NCBI GenBank assembly: GCA_963663225.1
Contig: OY760142.1
Coordinates: forward strand, 2,944,001-3,008,000
Direction: 5' to 3'
DNA: 64,000 bases
DNA from: Nitrospirota bacterium
Lineage (GTDB): Bacteria > Nitrospirota > UBA9217
How positions within the stretch are numbered: position 1 is the first letter of the stretch; the number at the start of each line of letters is the position of its first letter. A model generated the notes under the pieces. That model ran no database searches. It was not told the origin of the DNA and saw nothing but the letters and a program-made list of their open reading frames with translations. Shown here piece by piece: positions 1 to 9,206 of the stretch. The position numbers and the translations under genes were made by a program.

Positions 1-244
1 CGTGGCCGGTTCCCAGTTGTTCGCTCTGAATAACCGTTTCAACGCGGAAATCAGCGACTGCGGACTTAACCGCGTCCGCCTGGTGCCCGAGCACAAGGAT
101 GATCTTTTCCGGATCGGCTCCCGCAGCAGCGTACAGAACGTGTTTGACCAAAGGACGCCCCGCAACCGGATGAAGCGCTTTTGCGAGTCCAGACTTCATA
201 CGCGTCCCGAGCCCCGCGGCCAGAATAACGATAGTGGGCTTCAC
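1..244 (-). CDS. glmU: bifunctional UDP-GlcNAc pyrophosphorylase/glucosamine-1-P acetyltransferase, N-terminal part (runs off window)
   Basis: Not in the ORF track. Manual translation from GTG at 244 gives MKPTIVILAAGLGTRMKSGLAKALHPVAGRPLV...QSEQLGTGH, matching the GlmU LAAGxGTRMxS and QxEQLGTGH motifs. GGAGGT RBS at 251-256; GTGA overlap with the upstream stop. Confidence 0.93.
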   Translation of the reverse strand, partial: MKPTIVILAAGLGTRMKSGLAKALHPVAGRPLVKHVLYAAAGADPEKIILVLGHQADAVKSAVADFRVETVIQSEQLGTGH

Positions 245-873
245 GTGTTAACCTCCTGGTGCGATACTTTCATTTTCTGCGCCTGAATTTCATTCAAGGG
301 GACTAGGCCCAGAGAAATAATGAATTTCATTCCTTGATCAACAGTCATATTAAGAGGAGTGACTTCATCCTTTGAAAAAATAAGGAGAAATCCGGCCGTC
401 GGATTCGGTGTCGTCGGGATAAAAACAGACACAAACGTGCCGGAAAGACCGATGTTTTTCCCTTGAAATTCACTGGTTATAAAACCCAAGCTGTAGCTTC
501 CTTTGCGCGGATATTCCACCAAGCCAACGCCCTGAAAATTGTTTTTTACGGAAAAAGTTTGCATGATCTGTTTGACGGTGGTGTAAATACTGCGCACAAT
601 CGGTACTCTTTGCATCAACAGATCGCTGTATTGGAGAAACTGCCTGCCGATGAAGTTGGCCGAGAGCATCCCTACGATCAGGATAAGCAAAACAAGAGTG
701 ATGATTCCTGAACCGGGAAAACGATGACCGATAAAGAGCGCTGGTAAGTCCCCCAAAATACCGTCGATCATAGTGAGCAAACCGCTCAAAACGTAGTACG
801 TCACCCACATGGGAATTAGGACCAGCAGTCCGGTGAAAAAATATTTTTTTAAAAAGTCCTTGATTTTCTTCAC
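241..873 (-). CDS. DUF502 family membrane protein
   Basis: N-terminal TM segments; P.V.SIY...KQ, LVEYPRKG and VFIPTTPNPT.G motifs; translationally coupled to glmU. Confidence 0.88.
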   Translation of the reverse strand: MKKIKDFLKKYFFTGLLVLIPMWVTYYVLSGLLTMIDGILGDLPALFIGHRFPGSGIITLVLLILIVGMLSANFIGRQFLQYSDLLMQRVPIVRSIYTTVKQIMQTFSVKNNFQGVGLVEYPRKGSYSLGFITSEFQGKNIGLSGTFVSVFIPTTPNPTAGFLLIFSKDEVTPLNMTVDQGMKFIISLGLVPLNEIQAQKMKVSHQEVNT

Positions 874-880
874 GGTTACA

Positions 881-909
881 ATATTACTGATTTTGAGTTA
901 TTGATGCAA
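881..909 (-). promoter_or_regulatory. sigma70-type promoter, probably giving a leaderless DUF502-glmU transcript
   Basis: TTGCAT-N17-TAATAT, then 7 nt to the GTG start; no SD sequence. Confidence 0.5.
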
Positions 910-984
910 GCATTTTTTCAAAAATACCGCGTGGATACCCCGGTTAGACCGCCGAGAGAGATGGGAGATACTCAGTGCTGGTGA

Positions 985-1431
985 TTAAAACAATACAGCA
1001 GCTCCTATAATGACTTCTACAAAATAGAGACAAAGGATTATAATCCCGATCAGGAAATGCATGTTGCGGATTGAAACAGTCTGTCCATGGATATTTCGGG
1101 ATATGATGAGTGTTGCCAGCAACAGAACGGCAATAACCAGACCGATAAAAAGATGGGGTATAAACTCCAAAAGTTTGCCTGTATCGAGCCATACGATGGT
1201 CAAACCGGAAAAGAAACCGAGCAAACCCAGAACAATTAACACCGGTCCTGTTTTTCTGTGACGCTTCACTGTTGATAACGGCATTGTCTGGCCGGATGAC
1301 CGTCTGGCTCTTCTAATCAAGATTCCAAGCCATGCCTGGTAGCAAAACAGCAATGCTATGCTCATGTTAAAAAAAGCATGAACAAACTGCATTGCAGTGA
1401 TAATATTTTTGGGCATCAATGGATATTGCAC
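985..1431 (-). CDS. DUF4079-like 4-TM membrane protein (His-containing, cytochrome b561-like)
   Basis: Four hydrophobic helices with His residues (FVHA, KRHR, IPHL, NMHF); GGAG RBS. Confidence 0.6.
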   Translation of the reverse strand: MQYPLMPKNIITAMQFVHAFFNMSIALLFCYQAWLGILIRRARRSSGQTMPLSTVKRHRKTGPVLIVLGLLGFFSGLTIVWLDTGKLLEFIPHLFIGLVIAVLLLATLIISRNIHGQTVSIRNMHFLIGIIILCLYFVEVIIGAAVLF

Positions 1432-1752
1432 GTGTATAGCTCCATTTTTTATCCAGTTTTATGCACCATCATGACTTTCGGCAAAGGGTGTTTTGTCATT
1501 TACAGTTCTTTCACTTAAAAACTTTTTGTCATTTCCAACAGTATGCAAGGTGATAACTTTGCTAATTATAGCACCGGTTAAGTTTTTTTACAGAACAAAT
1601 CGGTTATGCTCATAAAGCAACATATTTGATTGACGTTAATCATGCAGCTTGACTTTCACAAAACGTTTCAGTAATGTTCAGGAGAAGAAACCAGCGACCT
1701 ACTGTTTGGCACGGAAGGCTTTTCAGTTATTAATGAACCGAATGGGGAAACG

Positions 1753-2418
1753 ATGAATATGTTGACAACATATATAGAGAAATACGGGCTTCTGTCACTA
1801 GAAAAGCAGGATAAACTGGCATATCTTATCAGTGAGCATATGCAGCAGATCGATCTTGACGAAGGAAAAATTCGTTTTGACGGCATAGAGCTCCCCTTCC
1901 AGGTTCTCGGCACGGAATCAGACAACACACTTACCTGGCTCTGGGCATGGGCGGACGAGCAGACGGAAATTCCGACCAGGCTGATTGCCGCATCACTTAA
2001 GCTCCGCACCTGGGGTTCGGTTGAAGGCATTTCTGAGTTTACAACGCCGTCAGTGGACATCAACAAGGCTGATGGCTTTCTAATTTCTCTCATAGCGTCC
2101 GCAGTATGCAAGGCGAGCTGCTATTACCGTGATGTGTATGAAGGAGGGAGCCTTTTCATTCTGCTGTACGATAAAATGATTGACGACCAGCCGCCCTTTG
2201 ATCTGGCCCGCTTGTCCAGGCAATTTCTTTACCTGATTTCACGATGCGAGTTCAACCATAAAAGTGCGCTGCTCAACTACTTTGCAGTGAAGGGATTGTC
2301 ACCCAGCGAGGGAATCAACCGGGTCGCCTGTGTCCTGGAAACGGGAGAGCTGCTGAAGGCCGAATTTAATGCATCCGGGAAGCTGCAGACGCTCAATGAC
2401 AAACCAGTCATACAATAA
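1753..2418 (+). CDS. conserved hypothetical protein (DUF6882-like)
   Basis: Q.LGT.S....TWLWAWA motif; GGGG RBS. Confidence 0.65.
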   Translation: MNMLTTYIEKYGLLSLEKQDKLAYLISEHMQQIDLDEGKIRFDGIELPFQVLGTESDNTLTWLWAWADEQTEIPTRLIAASLKLRTWGSVEGISEFTTPSVDINKADGFLISLIASAVCKASCYYRDVYEGGSLFILLYDKMIDDQPPFDLARLSRQFLYLISRCEFNHKSALLNYFAVKGLSPSEGINRVACVLETGELLKAEFNASGKLQTLNDKPVIQ

Positions 2419-2694
2419 CTTTTTCATAGCGTACCGCGCCGACGCCGAAGATTTCCCCGGTTATCCCGCAAACCTGCCGGGATGCTTTTCCGTTTTTCGC
2501 CTGCTTGTGCGAGAACCGAGTTTTAGATCATCAAACATATCTTCACGCACTACAGAAAAAAATGCTCCGGCTGGCGGATAGAACTGCTCAATTAATTTTG
2601 CAACCTGAAGCAAATCATGATATCATGCTGCCGCTTCAGCGGAATCATTCGCATTTTCCGAATAAGTCTGAGCATCACCGGCAAAGGAAACCTT

Positions 2695-3477
2695 ATGGGC
2701 CTTTTGGATACCTTGGAAAGAAAATTTCGGCGCTATGCCATACCGAACCTTACGCTTTATTTGATTATCGGTCAGGTTGTATTCTTTGTGTTTCACCTTG
2801 CCGGCAATTTCATCCTTGAGCGCGTGGTGCTTATCCCGGAGTTGGTGCTTGCAGGCGAGTGGTGGCGGCTTTTTACGTTCCTGCTTATCCCGCCGCTGAC
2901 CAATCCGATTTTTGCCTTTTTTGCATGGTACTTTTTTTACCTTATGGGCGGTGCCCTCGAAGGCCATTGGGGCGATTTCCGCTATAATGTTTTTCTCCTA
3001 ACAGGGTATATCCTCACCGTGGCGGTCTCTTTTTTGTATCCCTTCTATGCTGCAACAAATCTTTTTATTGTCGGCTCCGTATTTCTCGCCTTTGCCTTCT
3101 TATATCCTGATTTTCAGGTTTATATTTTCTTTATCCTGCCGGTAAAAATGAAATGGCTGGCACTTCTTACCTGGATCGGCTATGGGTACCAGTTTGCCGT
3201 CGGCTCCTGGCCGACACGGTTGCTCGTTGCTGCCTCTATCGGCAATTTCTTTCTTTTCTTCGGCAAGGACATCCTTCAAAGAATGAAAAGCGGCAACCGC
3301 AAAATGGTCACAAAAGCAAAGGACATAGCTGACACTCAAAAAGCATTTCACCGCTGCGCTGTCTGCGGCATCACCGACCAGTCACACCCTTCCATGGAGT
3401 TCCGATATTGTCCTGAATGTGGCGGAATTGGGTACTGCAAAGACCACATCCAGAATCATACACACAAAAAAAAGTAA
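2695..3477 (+). CDS. rhomboid/derlin-like multi-TM protein with C-terminal Cys/His zinc-finger
   Basis: GEWWRLFTF (WR motif) and ~6 TM helices; C-terminal HRCAVC...FRYCPEC...YC..H. Start moved to ATG 2695, after AAGGA. Confidence 0.75.
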   Translation: MGLLDTLERKFRRYAIPNLTLYLIIGQVVFFVFHLAGNFILERVVLIPELVLAGEWWRLFTFLLIPPLTNPIFAFFAWYFFYLMGGALEGHWGDFRYNVFLLTGYILTVAVSFLYPFYAATNLFIVGSVFLAFAFLYPDFQVYIFFILPVKMKWLALLTWIGYGYQFAVGSWPTRLLVAASIGNFFLFFGKDILQRMKSGNRKMVTKAKDIADTQKAFHRCAVCGITDQSHPSMEFRYCPECGGIGYCKDHIQNHTHKKK

Positions 3478-3653
3478 TATTTACGGAATTTCTTTCATAC
3501 AAAATCAATATCTATTTTCCCATACCGTTCAAGCAATTTTAAAGACTACACGGAGAGCAAAGAACCGGTTTTAATTTCCTCACTGCTTAGGAAATGCGAG
3601 GAGACTCTCTTTTCCGGATAATATTTCCACTCCAATAAAACGATGCACCCTGC

Positions 3654-3682
3654 TTGACACCGGCACGACATAGCGGTACAAT
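3654..3682 (+). promoter_or_regulatory. sigma70 promoter of the NmrA-family gene
   Basis: TTGACA-N17-TACAAT; AAGGAGG RBS at 3719-3725. Confidence 0.75.
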
Positions 3683-3730
3683 TAATAAGGATTATTATTA
3701 TCCTGTTTTTTTGTATGCAAGGAGGCGTCT

Positions 3731-4636
3731 ATGTATACCATATTGGGTGCGACCGGCAATATCGGGAGCAAAATAGTTGACATTCTTTCGAAGGACAAAG
3801 AAGATATTCGTATGGTCGGTAGGTCTGCTGACCGCCTGCATCAGAAGATGCTGAGCAGTGAACATATCCACTCGTACGTCGGAGATTTGCTGGATACGGA
3901 ATTTCTCGCAAAAGCATTAACAGGCTCCGATGCGGTTTTCACACTGATCCCGCCGAACGGCAAAGCGGATAATTTCATTACTTATGCCGACAAAACCGGT
4001 GAAAGCATCGCCCGTGCCCTGAAAATTTCCAAGGTGAAACATGTTGTAAACCTGTCGAGCATTGGCGCGGAACTATCTGAAAAAACAGGCCCTATTGTGG
4101 GGCTTCATAATCAGGAGAACCGACTGAATCACATAAAGGGGCTGAACGTGCTGCACCTGCGACCGGCATACTTTATGGAAAACCTGCTTATGAACATTGA
4201 TCTGATAAAAAGCAGAAAAATAGCAGGAAGTGCGATTCGCGAAGACGTCTCAATGCCGATGATCGCCACAAAAGATATTGCAGATTTTGCTGCTATGCAA
4301 CTTCGGAGACGCTCTTTTTTGGGGACTTCCGTCGCTTATCTGCTTGGACCGCGTGATCTCACCCTCAAAGAAGCATTGTCGATCATAGGCGGAAAGATAG
4401 GCCTGCCCGATCTAGGCTATGTCACGTTCACGTATGAAGAGGCGGAAAAATGGCTCCAATCCGCAGGATTGTCTCCCGACATGAGCAGGACCTACATTGA
4501 AATGAGCAGGGCTTTTAACGAAGGCCGGATCACGAGGAATTTGGTGCGCACACAAGAGAATTCCACAGCAACATCTTTTGAAAAGTTCTGTGATGATGTT
4601 TTTGTGCCTCTTTATGCCCAAAAAAAGGCGGCGTAA
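3731..4636 (+). CDS. NmrA family NAD(P)-binding protein (atypical SDR)
   Basis: ILGATGNIGS Rossmann motif; LSSIGA, LRPAYFMEN and IATKDIA motifs. Confidence 0.9.
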   Translation: MYTILGATGNIGSKIVDILSKDKEDIRMVGRSADRLHQKMLSSEHIHSYVGDLLDTEFLAKALTGSDAVFTLIPPNGKADNFITYADKTGESIARALKISKVKHVVNLSSIGAELSEKTGPIVGLHNQENRLNHIKGLNVLHLRPAYFMENLLMNIDLIKSRKIAGSAIREDVSMPMIATKDIADFAAMQLRRRSFLGTSVAYLLGPRDLTLKEALSIIGGKIGLPDLGYVTFTYEEAEKWLQSAGLSPDMSRTYIEMSRAFNEGRITRNLVRTQENSTATSFEKFCDDVFVPLYAQKKAA

Positions 4637-4716
4637 TGCATCCTATGCGATACCGGCAGGGTGCGGGAGAGCACTCCGAGGAAGGGCGGGAGCGGTGGGG
4701 TTGCTCTCACAGACGG

Positions 4717-6192
4717 CTATTCAACCTGCTCCCCTTCTCCCGAGGAATGTAAAAAAACATCCACGACAGAACCGACGTTTTCACGGCTGGTTATCTCGAT
4801 ACTGCCGCCCATTTGCGCAAGCATCTTTCTTACAATGACAAGACCGAGACCCGTTCCGTGTGCCTTGCTGGTATAAAACGGTTTGAACAGATTCTTCACC
4901 TTGTCCTCCGGTATCCCGCAGCCGTTGTCTTCCACCCGTATGCGAACATGATCGTCGATTTTCGTTATGGTGATGGTCACTTTTTGATCCCGGCGTCCGG
5001 CTAAAGCGTCTGCCGCGTTGGTAAGAAGATTGATCAAAACCTGCTGCAGGACGCGCGGGTCTGCAGAGCAACTGTGCGCATTCTGGTCAATTGAAGTAAT
5101 AAGAGCGATACCTTTTGAATCGAAATCTTTACCAGCCAAGGCGAGAAACTTTTCCATAAACGACCGTATTGCCAGATTTTGCAAAACAGGTTTTTCAAAC
5201 ATATTAAAATTTTTCAAACTTCGCAAAAGGTATTCTATCCGGGACACCTCCTGCAAGGCGCGATCCAGATATCCTTCAATGGCCGTCTTGTCCAGTGTAT
5301 CGAGTTTTTGTTTGAGAACAAACAGCGTCATGTTAATGGAATTAATAGGATTTCCTATCTCGTGCCTGACACCTGAAAAAATATAACCGATATTGTCCAT
5401 CAGATTGACCGATTCCGCGATTGATTCAAGCCGAGCCTTGTCGGTCACGTCACGTTTCACCGAAACATAATTCGTGATGGCCCCTTGTTGGTCCCTGACC
5501 GGGGAATAAGTACAATCTTCAAGATACAGCGTGCCGTCTTTCTTTTTACTGAAGAGCCTTCCAAACCAGACACCGTCCCGGTTTACGGTGTCGCGCATCA
5601 AGGAGTAGAACGCTTCATCATGCTTTCCGCTGTCAAGAATGTGCAAGGTCTTTCCAAGGACATCCTGCTGTGAATACCCGGTAATATGCTCAAACGCCGG
5701 ATTGACATATTGGATATATCCCTGGCTGTCGGTAACCACTACGGCGTCTGCCGATGCTTCAATGGCTGCGGCAAGAAGGTTCAGTTTTTCCTCTGCTTTT
5801 CTCCGGGCCCTTCTGATCTCAGCTTCCCGAAGTTCGCGTTCCACAGCCGGAATAAGCCTTGTCAGGTTTCCTTTTATCAGATAATCATGAGCGCCCGCCT
5901 TCATGGCTCCCACGGCGATATCTTCTCCGATATTGCCGGACACGATAATAAAGGGAATGTCCAATGCGCTTTCCTGCAGCAGCGTCAAGGCATCAAGGCC
6001 GCTGAAACGGGGCATGACATAGTCGGAAATAATCAGGTCCCATTCATGCTGATGGAGCGCATCCTTCATTTCTTCGCGCGTTTGAATATGCATGCAGGAA
6101 GGCTCATATCCCCCTCGCTGCAGGGCATGAATCAACAGCAGCGTATCATCTTCCGAATCTTCAATAATCAACAGACGAAGCGGTTTTTTCAT
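4717..6192 (-). CDS. REC-PAS-histidine kinase hybrid signalling protein
   Basis: Receiver domain (IIEDS, ISDY.MP); PAS (YVNPAFEHITGY); H-box RHEIGNP; N-box NLLTNA; G-boxes DNGCG and GTGLGL. Confidence 0.92.
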   Translation of the reverse strand: MKKPLRLLIIEDSEDDTLLLIHALQRGGYEPSCMHIQTREEMKDALHQHEWDLIISDYVMPRFSGLDALTLLQESALDIPFIIVSGNIGEDIAVGAMKAGAHDYLIKGNLTRLIPAVERELREAEIRRARRKAEEKLNLLAAAIEASADAVVVTDSQGYIQYVNPAFEHITGYSQQDVLGKTLHILDSGKHDEAFYSLMRDTVNRDGVWFGRLFSKKKDGTLYLEDCTYSPVRDQQGAITNYVSVKRDVTDKARLESIAESVNLMDNIGYIFSGVRHEIGNPINSINMTLFVLKQKLDTLDKTAIEGYLDRALQEVSRIEYLLRSLKNFNMFEKPVLQNLAIRSFMEKFLALAGKDFDSKGIALITSIDQNAHSCSADPRVLQQVLINLLTNAADALAGRRDQKVTITITKIDDHVRIRVEDNGCGIPEDKVKNLFKPFYTSKAHGTGLGLVIVRKMLAQMGGSIEITSRENVGSVVDVFLHSSGEGEQVE

Positions 6193-6430
6193 GAAAGTTT
6201 CCGTACAATTCAATGCGTGTCGCGATCAAAAAGATGATGAGTTCATCGTTCAGGAGAAGGCAAAATTTCGTTCTCGCAAACTGTGTGGCGTTTCAACAGC
6301 GGAAATGATTGTGGCTATTGTATCAAATAAAGTCCGGAGAGAATACTACTTTTTTGCCTGTATGGCGAATGATAGGGATGCATTAACAATACTGCAGGAT
6401 GGTCGGGGCCGAAAGTTGACAACTAGCTTA

Positions 6431-7087
6431 TCAGCGTTTCTGTAAAAGCTTCTTCAGGACAGCGGCAAGATTGCTTGCCGCCATGGCTGATCGTTTCTGC
6501 AAAGAAAGCAGCTGAGGAATTTTGCCGGGAGTGCGCAGAATCTCAAGGCTAAGCCGGCCGTAGCTTACCGTATCATCCTGAGTCATCAGAGCGTTAAAAT
6601 CGAGCGGCAGTTCTTCATCCGCAGCATCGGAAATCACCCGGACGGTCGCGCTCGGAATATTTCGCTGTTTGCAAAGAGCTCGAATGTGCTCTGATTCCAT
6701 TTCAACTGCATCTGCCCCTGTCGTTTCCCGTATGTTTCTTTTTTCCAGAGAAGTGACGGCAATACGTGAAGCGCAGAAAAAACGGGCTTGTTTTGCGCCA
6801 AAGCTTTCCAAGAGGGCCTGTAAACCACAGTTTGGATCTGCATCATACACGACAGTGCCTGTGGAAAGCATCGGATCGAGACCACCGGCAAATCCGCACG
6901 ACAGGACCAGTCCGGGGGACTTTTGCTCCAATGCGTCAAGAAAACTTTTCACGGCATTGCGTTTTCCCATGCCGGTGACCAGCACCTGGACAGAAGCATC
7001 GTGCCGGATGATTTTTCGGAATGGCTCCGATTCTTCCTTGACTGCAAAACAAACGAGTGTGGGATGTGCTGATGTTTTGTTGTTCAT
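6431..7087 (-). CDS. hpnG: hopanoid-associated nucleoside phosphorylase (HpnG-like, PNP_UDP_1 family)
   Basis: TGMG, GFAGGL, AVEMES and RVISD motifs; last gene of the shc-hpnH run. Confidence 0.8.
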   Translation of the reverse strand: MNNKTSAHPTLVCFAVKEESEPFRKIIRHDASVQVLVTGMGKRNAVKSFLDALEQKSPGLVLSCGFAGGLDPMLSTGTVVYDADPNCGLQALLESFGAKQARFFCASRIAVTSLEKRNIRETTGADAVEMESEHIRALCKQRNIPSATVRVISDAADEELPLDFNALMTQDDTVSYGRLSLEILRTPGKIPQLLSLQKRSAMAASNLAAVLKKLLQKR

Positions 7088-7173
7088 TTTTACCAGGATA
7101 AACAGCTGAAAAATGTCTCTCAAAAAACATGAAATAACATCAAACCATCAGCAGGCAAACCGATATCGTATCT

Positions 7174-8022
7174 TTATGATCGGGGTAGAATTGCCCGGGG
7201 GAAATCCTGCACGTGGGCGTTTCTGGCCAGTTCCATGCTTTCTGAAGAAAGTTTGATTTTGATGAGCGCGAAAACCAGAGCGGCAGGAAGCAGAATAATG
7301 AATATGCCCACCCACCCCATCAGATTCTCGCTTATAAAAAAGGTAATGCAGAGGTTAAAAACAAGGACGCCGCAATAAAGACCCGGACCGATCACATATC
7401 TCCACGGATACCGGTGCCCGTGATAATCCGGTGAGTTGTGACGATGCAGCCATTGATCGATCCGCTGGAACACTGCGATGATAACAAAACCGACAATGAG
7501 CCAACCGGCGAAGTTAGAAATAGGAACGCCGAAATAGACACCCTGTTCCTGATACCCGTAAATTTGGCCGAGAAACCACCGGTTGCCCTGCAAGGCGACC
7601 GGATCGATGATGATATCCAGATAAACAAACAGCACGGTTCCCAGCAGCGTCGTAAACCAAGAGGCCCTGATTTTTGCCGTTTCTAAAACGTAAAGCCCCC
7701 AGGGTGAACGTTGAACCGGGGAAAGGATCAACAGCGCGAGCGAGTAACTGGCATAAATAAGAAAAACATAGCTGATGGAGTCCATTAACGGCACCCCAAG
7801 GACCCATATTTCCTGAGCCCTCGTATGCTCGATATAAAAATAATGACCGTACGGGAATCCATTATGGATGGAAGACAATTCCGAAATCCATGCCAGAAAA
7901 TAGCCAGCCAGCCCAAAGAGCAGGGTTCTCTTCAGACCGAACTGCATTGTACAGCCGACAAGATAAACCAGCAGGAAAACGAAAACATACGGTCGCAACG
8001 CAATGGTGCTGAGCAGCAGCAT
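7174..8022 (-). CDS. CruF/DUF422 family (carotenoid hydratase-like) membrane protein
   Basis: E..S...GFPYG.Y.Y, GVPL, D..IDPVA and FGVP.SNF.GW motifs; ~7 TM helices. Confidence 0.82.
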   Translation of the reverse strand: MLLLSTIALRPYVFVFLLVYLVGCTMQFGLKRTLLFGLAGYFLAWISELSSIHNGFPYGHYFYIEHTRAQEIWVLGVPLMDSISYVFLIYASYSLALLILSPVQRSPWGLYVLETAKIRASWFTTLLGTVLFVYLDIIIDPVALQGNRWFLGQIYGYQEQGVYFGVPISNFAGWLIVGFVIIAVFQRIDQWLHRHNSPDYHGHRYPWRYVIGPGLYCGVLVFNLCITFFISENLMGWVGIFIILLPAALVFALIKIKLSSESMELARNAHVQDFPRAILPRS

Positions 8023-8035
8023 TGAATCACTCCTT

Positions 8036-9034
8036 CTACGATTTGCTTAAATTCCAGCGAAGAAGCCGATACAGGTCCTTCGGGTTTGAAAAAGCAATCC
8101 GCTGCACAGTCGCCTCAAACCCGCTGTGGACCATACAATCCCTGCAGCGAGGGTCGAGACCTGCCTCATACTTCTTCCAATCCGTTTTTTCCATCATTTC
8201 TGCATACGACGCATAGTAGGCGTCGGTTATAAGATAACAGGGTGATTTCCATCCCAGAGGATTTCTGGTCGGATTGCCCCACGGAGTGCATCGCATCTGT
8301 CTCCGCCCGGTCAGGAAGTCAAGGTACAAAGGAGAACTCATAAATGGAAACTTATTAAAATCCATCCTGCTGAATTTTTCAGCCGCTTCCTCTCTGCTCA
8401 AAAAAATGTCATTCTCAACCCGCTCATAGCTGAATGCCGGCGAGATGAGTATGCCGTTTACACGGAGGTTTTTTAGCAGTGTGAACAATGATTCCAATTC
8501 TTTGTCATCGGTATTTTTAAACACCGAAGTGTTCGTGCTTACTCTGAACCCTTTTTCTTTTGCGAGTTTAATAGCGCCGATTGCCTTTTTGAATGTACCC
8601 GGCCGGTTGGCTATGCGGTCATGGGTCGCCTCCATCCCGTCAAGATGGATGTTCAGCGTCAGTCTTGAACTCGGCTTGAAGTCATCAATAAAAGACTCCA
8701 TAAGGATGCCGTTCGAGCAAAGATAAATCTGCTTTTTCCGGCGGATCAATTCCGCAACCAACGGCTTCAGATCCTTGTATAATGTCGGTTCACCACCGGT
8801 AATAGTCACCACCGGTGCATCCGCTTCTTTGACGGCATCAAGACATTGCGCAAGCGACAAATCTGATGTATGTTCCTGGTCGTACAAACGGATCCGGTCG
8901 CAACCCGCGCAGTCCAGATTGCATCTGTGGGTGGGCTCCAGCATGAGGACCAGTGGAAACTTGTCTTGTTTTTTTCTCGAATTCTGAATGAAGGCCTTGG
9001 CTATTGATGTGTACAGACTGATAGGAAAACGCAT
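8036..9034 (-). CDS. hpnH: adenosyl-hopene transferase HpnH (radical SAM)
   Basis: FPLVLMLEP..RCNL.C.GC, CTPWGNPTRN..GW..PCY and DPRC.DCMVHSGFE motifs. Confidence 0.93.
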   Translation of the reverse strand: MRFPISLYTSIAKAFIQNSRKKQDKFPLVLMLEPTHRCNLDCAGCDRIRLYDQEHTSDLSLAQCLDAVKEADAPVVTITGGEPTLYKDLKPLVAELIRRKKQIYLCSNGILMESFIDDFKPSSRLTLNIHLDGMEATHDRIANRPGTFKKAIGAIKLAKEKGFRVSTNTSVFKNTDDKELESLFTLLKNLRVNGILISPAFSYERVENDIFLSREEAAEKFSRMDFNKFPFMSSPLYLDFLTGRRQMRCTPWGNPTRNPLGWKSPCYLITDAYYASYAEMMEKTDWKKYEAGLDPRCRDCMVHSGFEATVQRIAFSNPKDLYRLLRWNLSKS

Positions 9035-9206
9035 ACAAACCTCTCTACCGTGATAAAATAACCATTGGAACAGTTATTTTTTATTCATTGTTGAACAGTT
9101 CGGTGTGATGTGCGGGGTTGATACCGGCAATTACCTGAACAGGAAAACATTCAAGAAGAAAAACGCTTGGAGGCTGTCTTTGAAACAGCCTCCGGGAATT
9201 TGCATT

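Noticed and set aside
2-286. 94-aa plus-strand ORF
   Set aside because: Antisense shadow of glmU, which has clear motifs on the minus strand.
1704-1720. TGGCACG as a sigma54 promoter
   Set aside because: The GC element is not at the required GG-N10-GC spacing.
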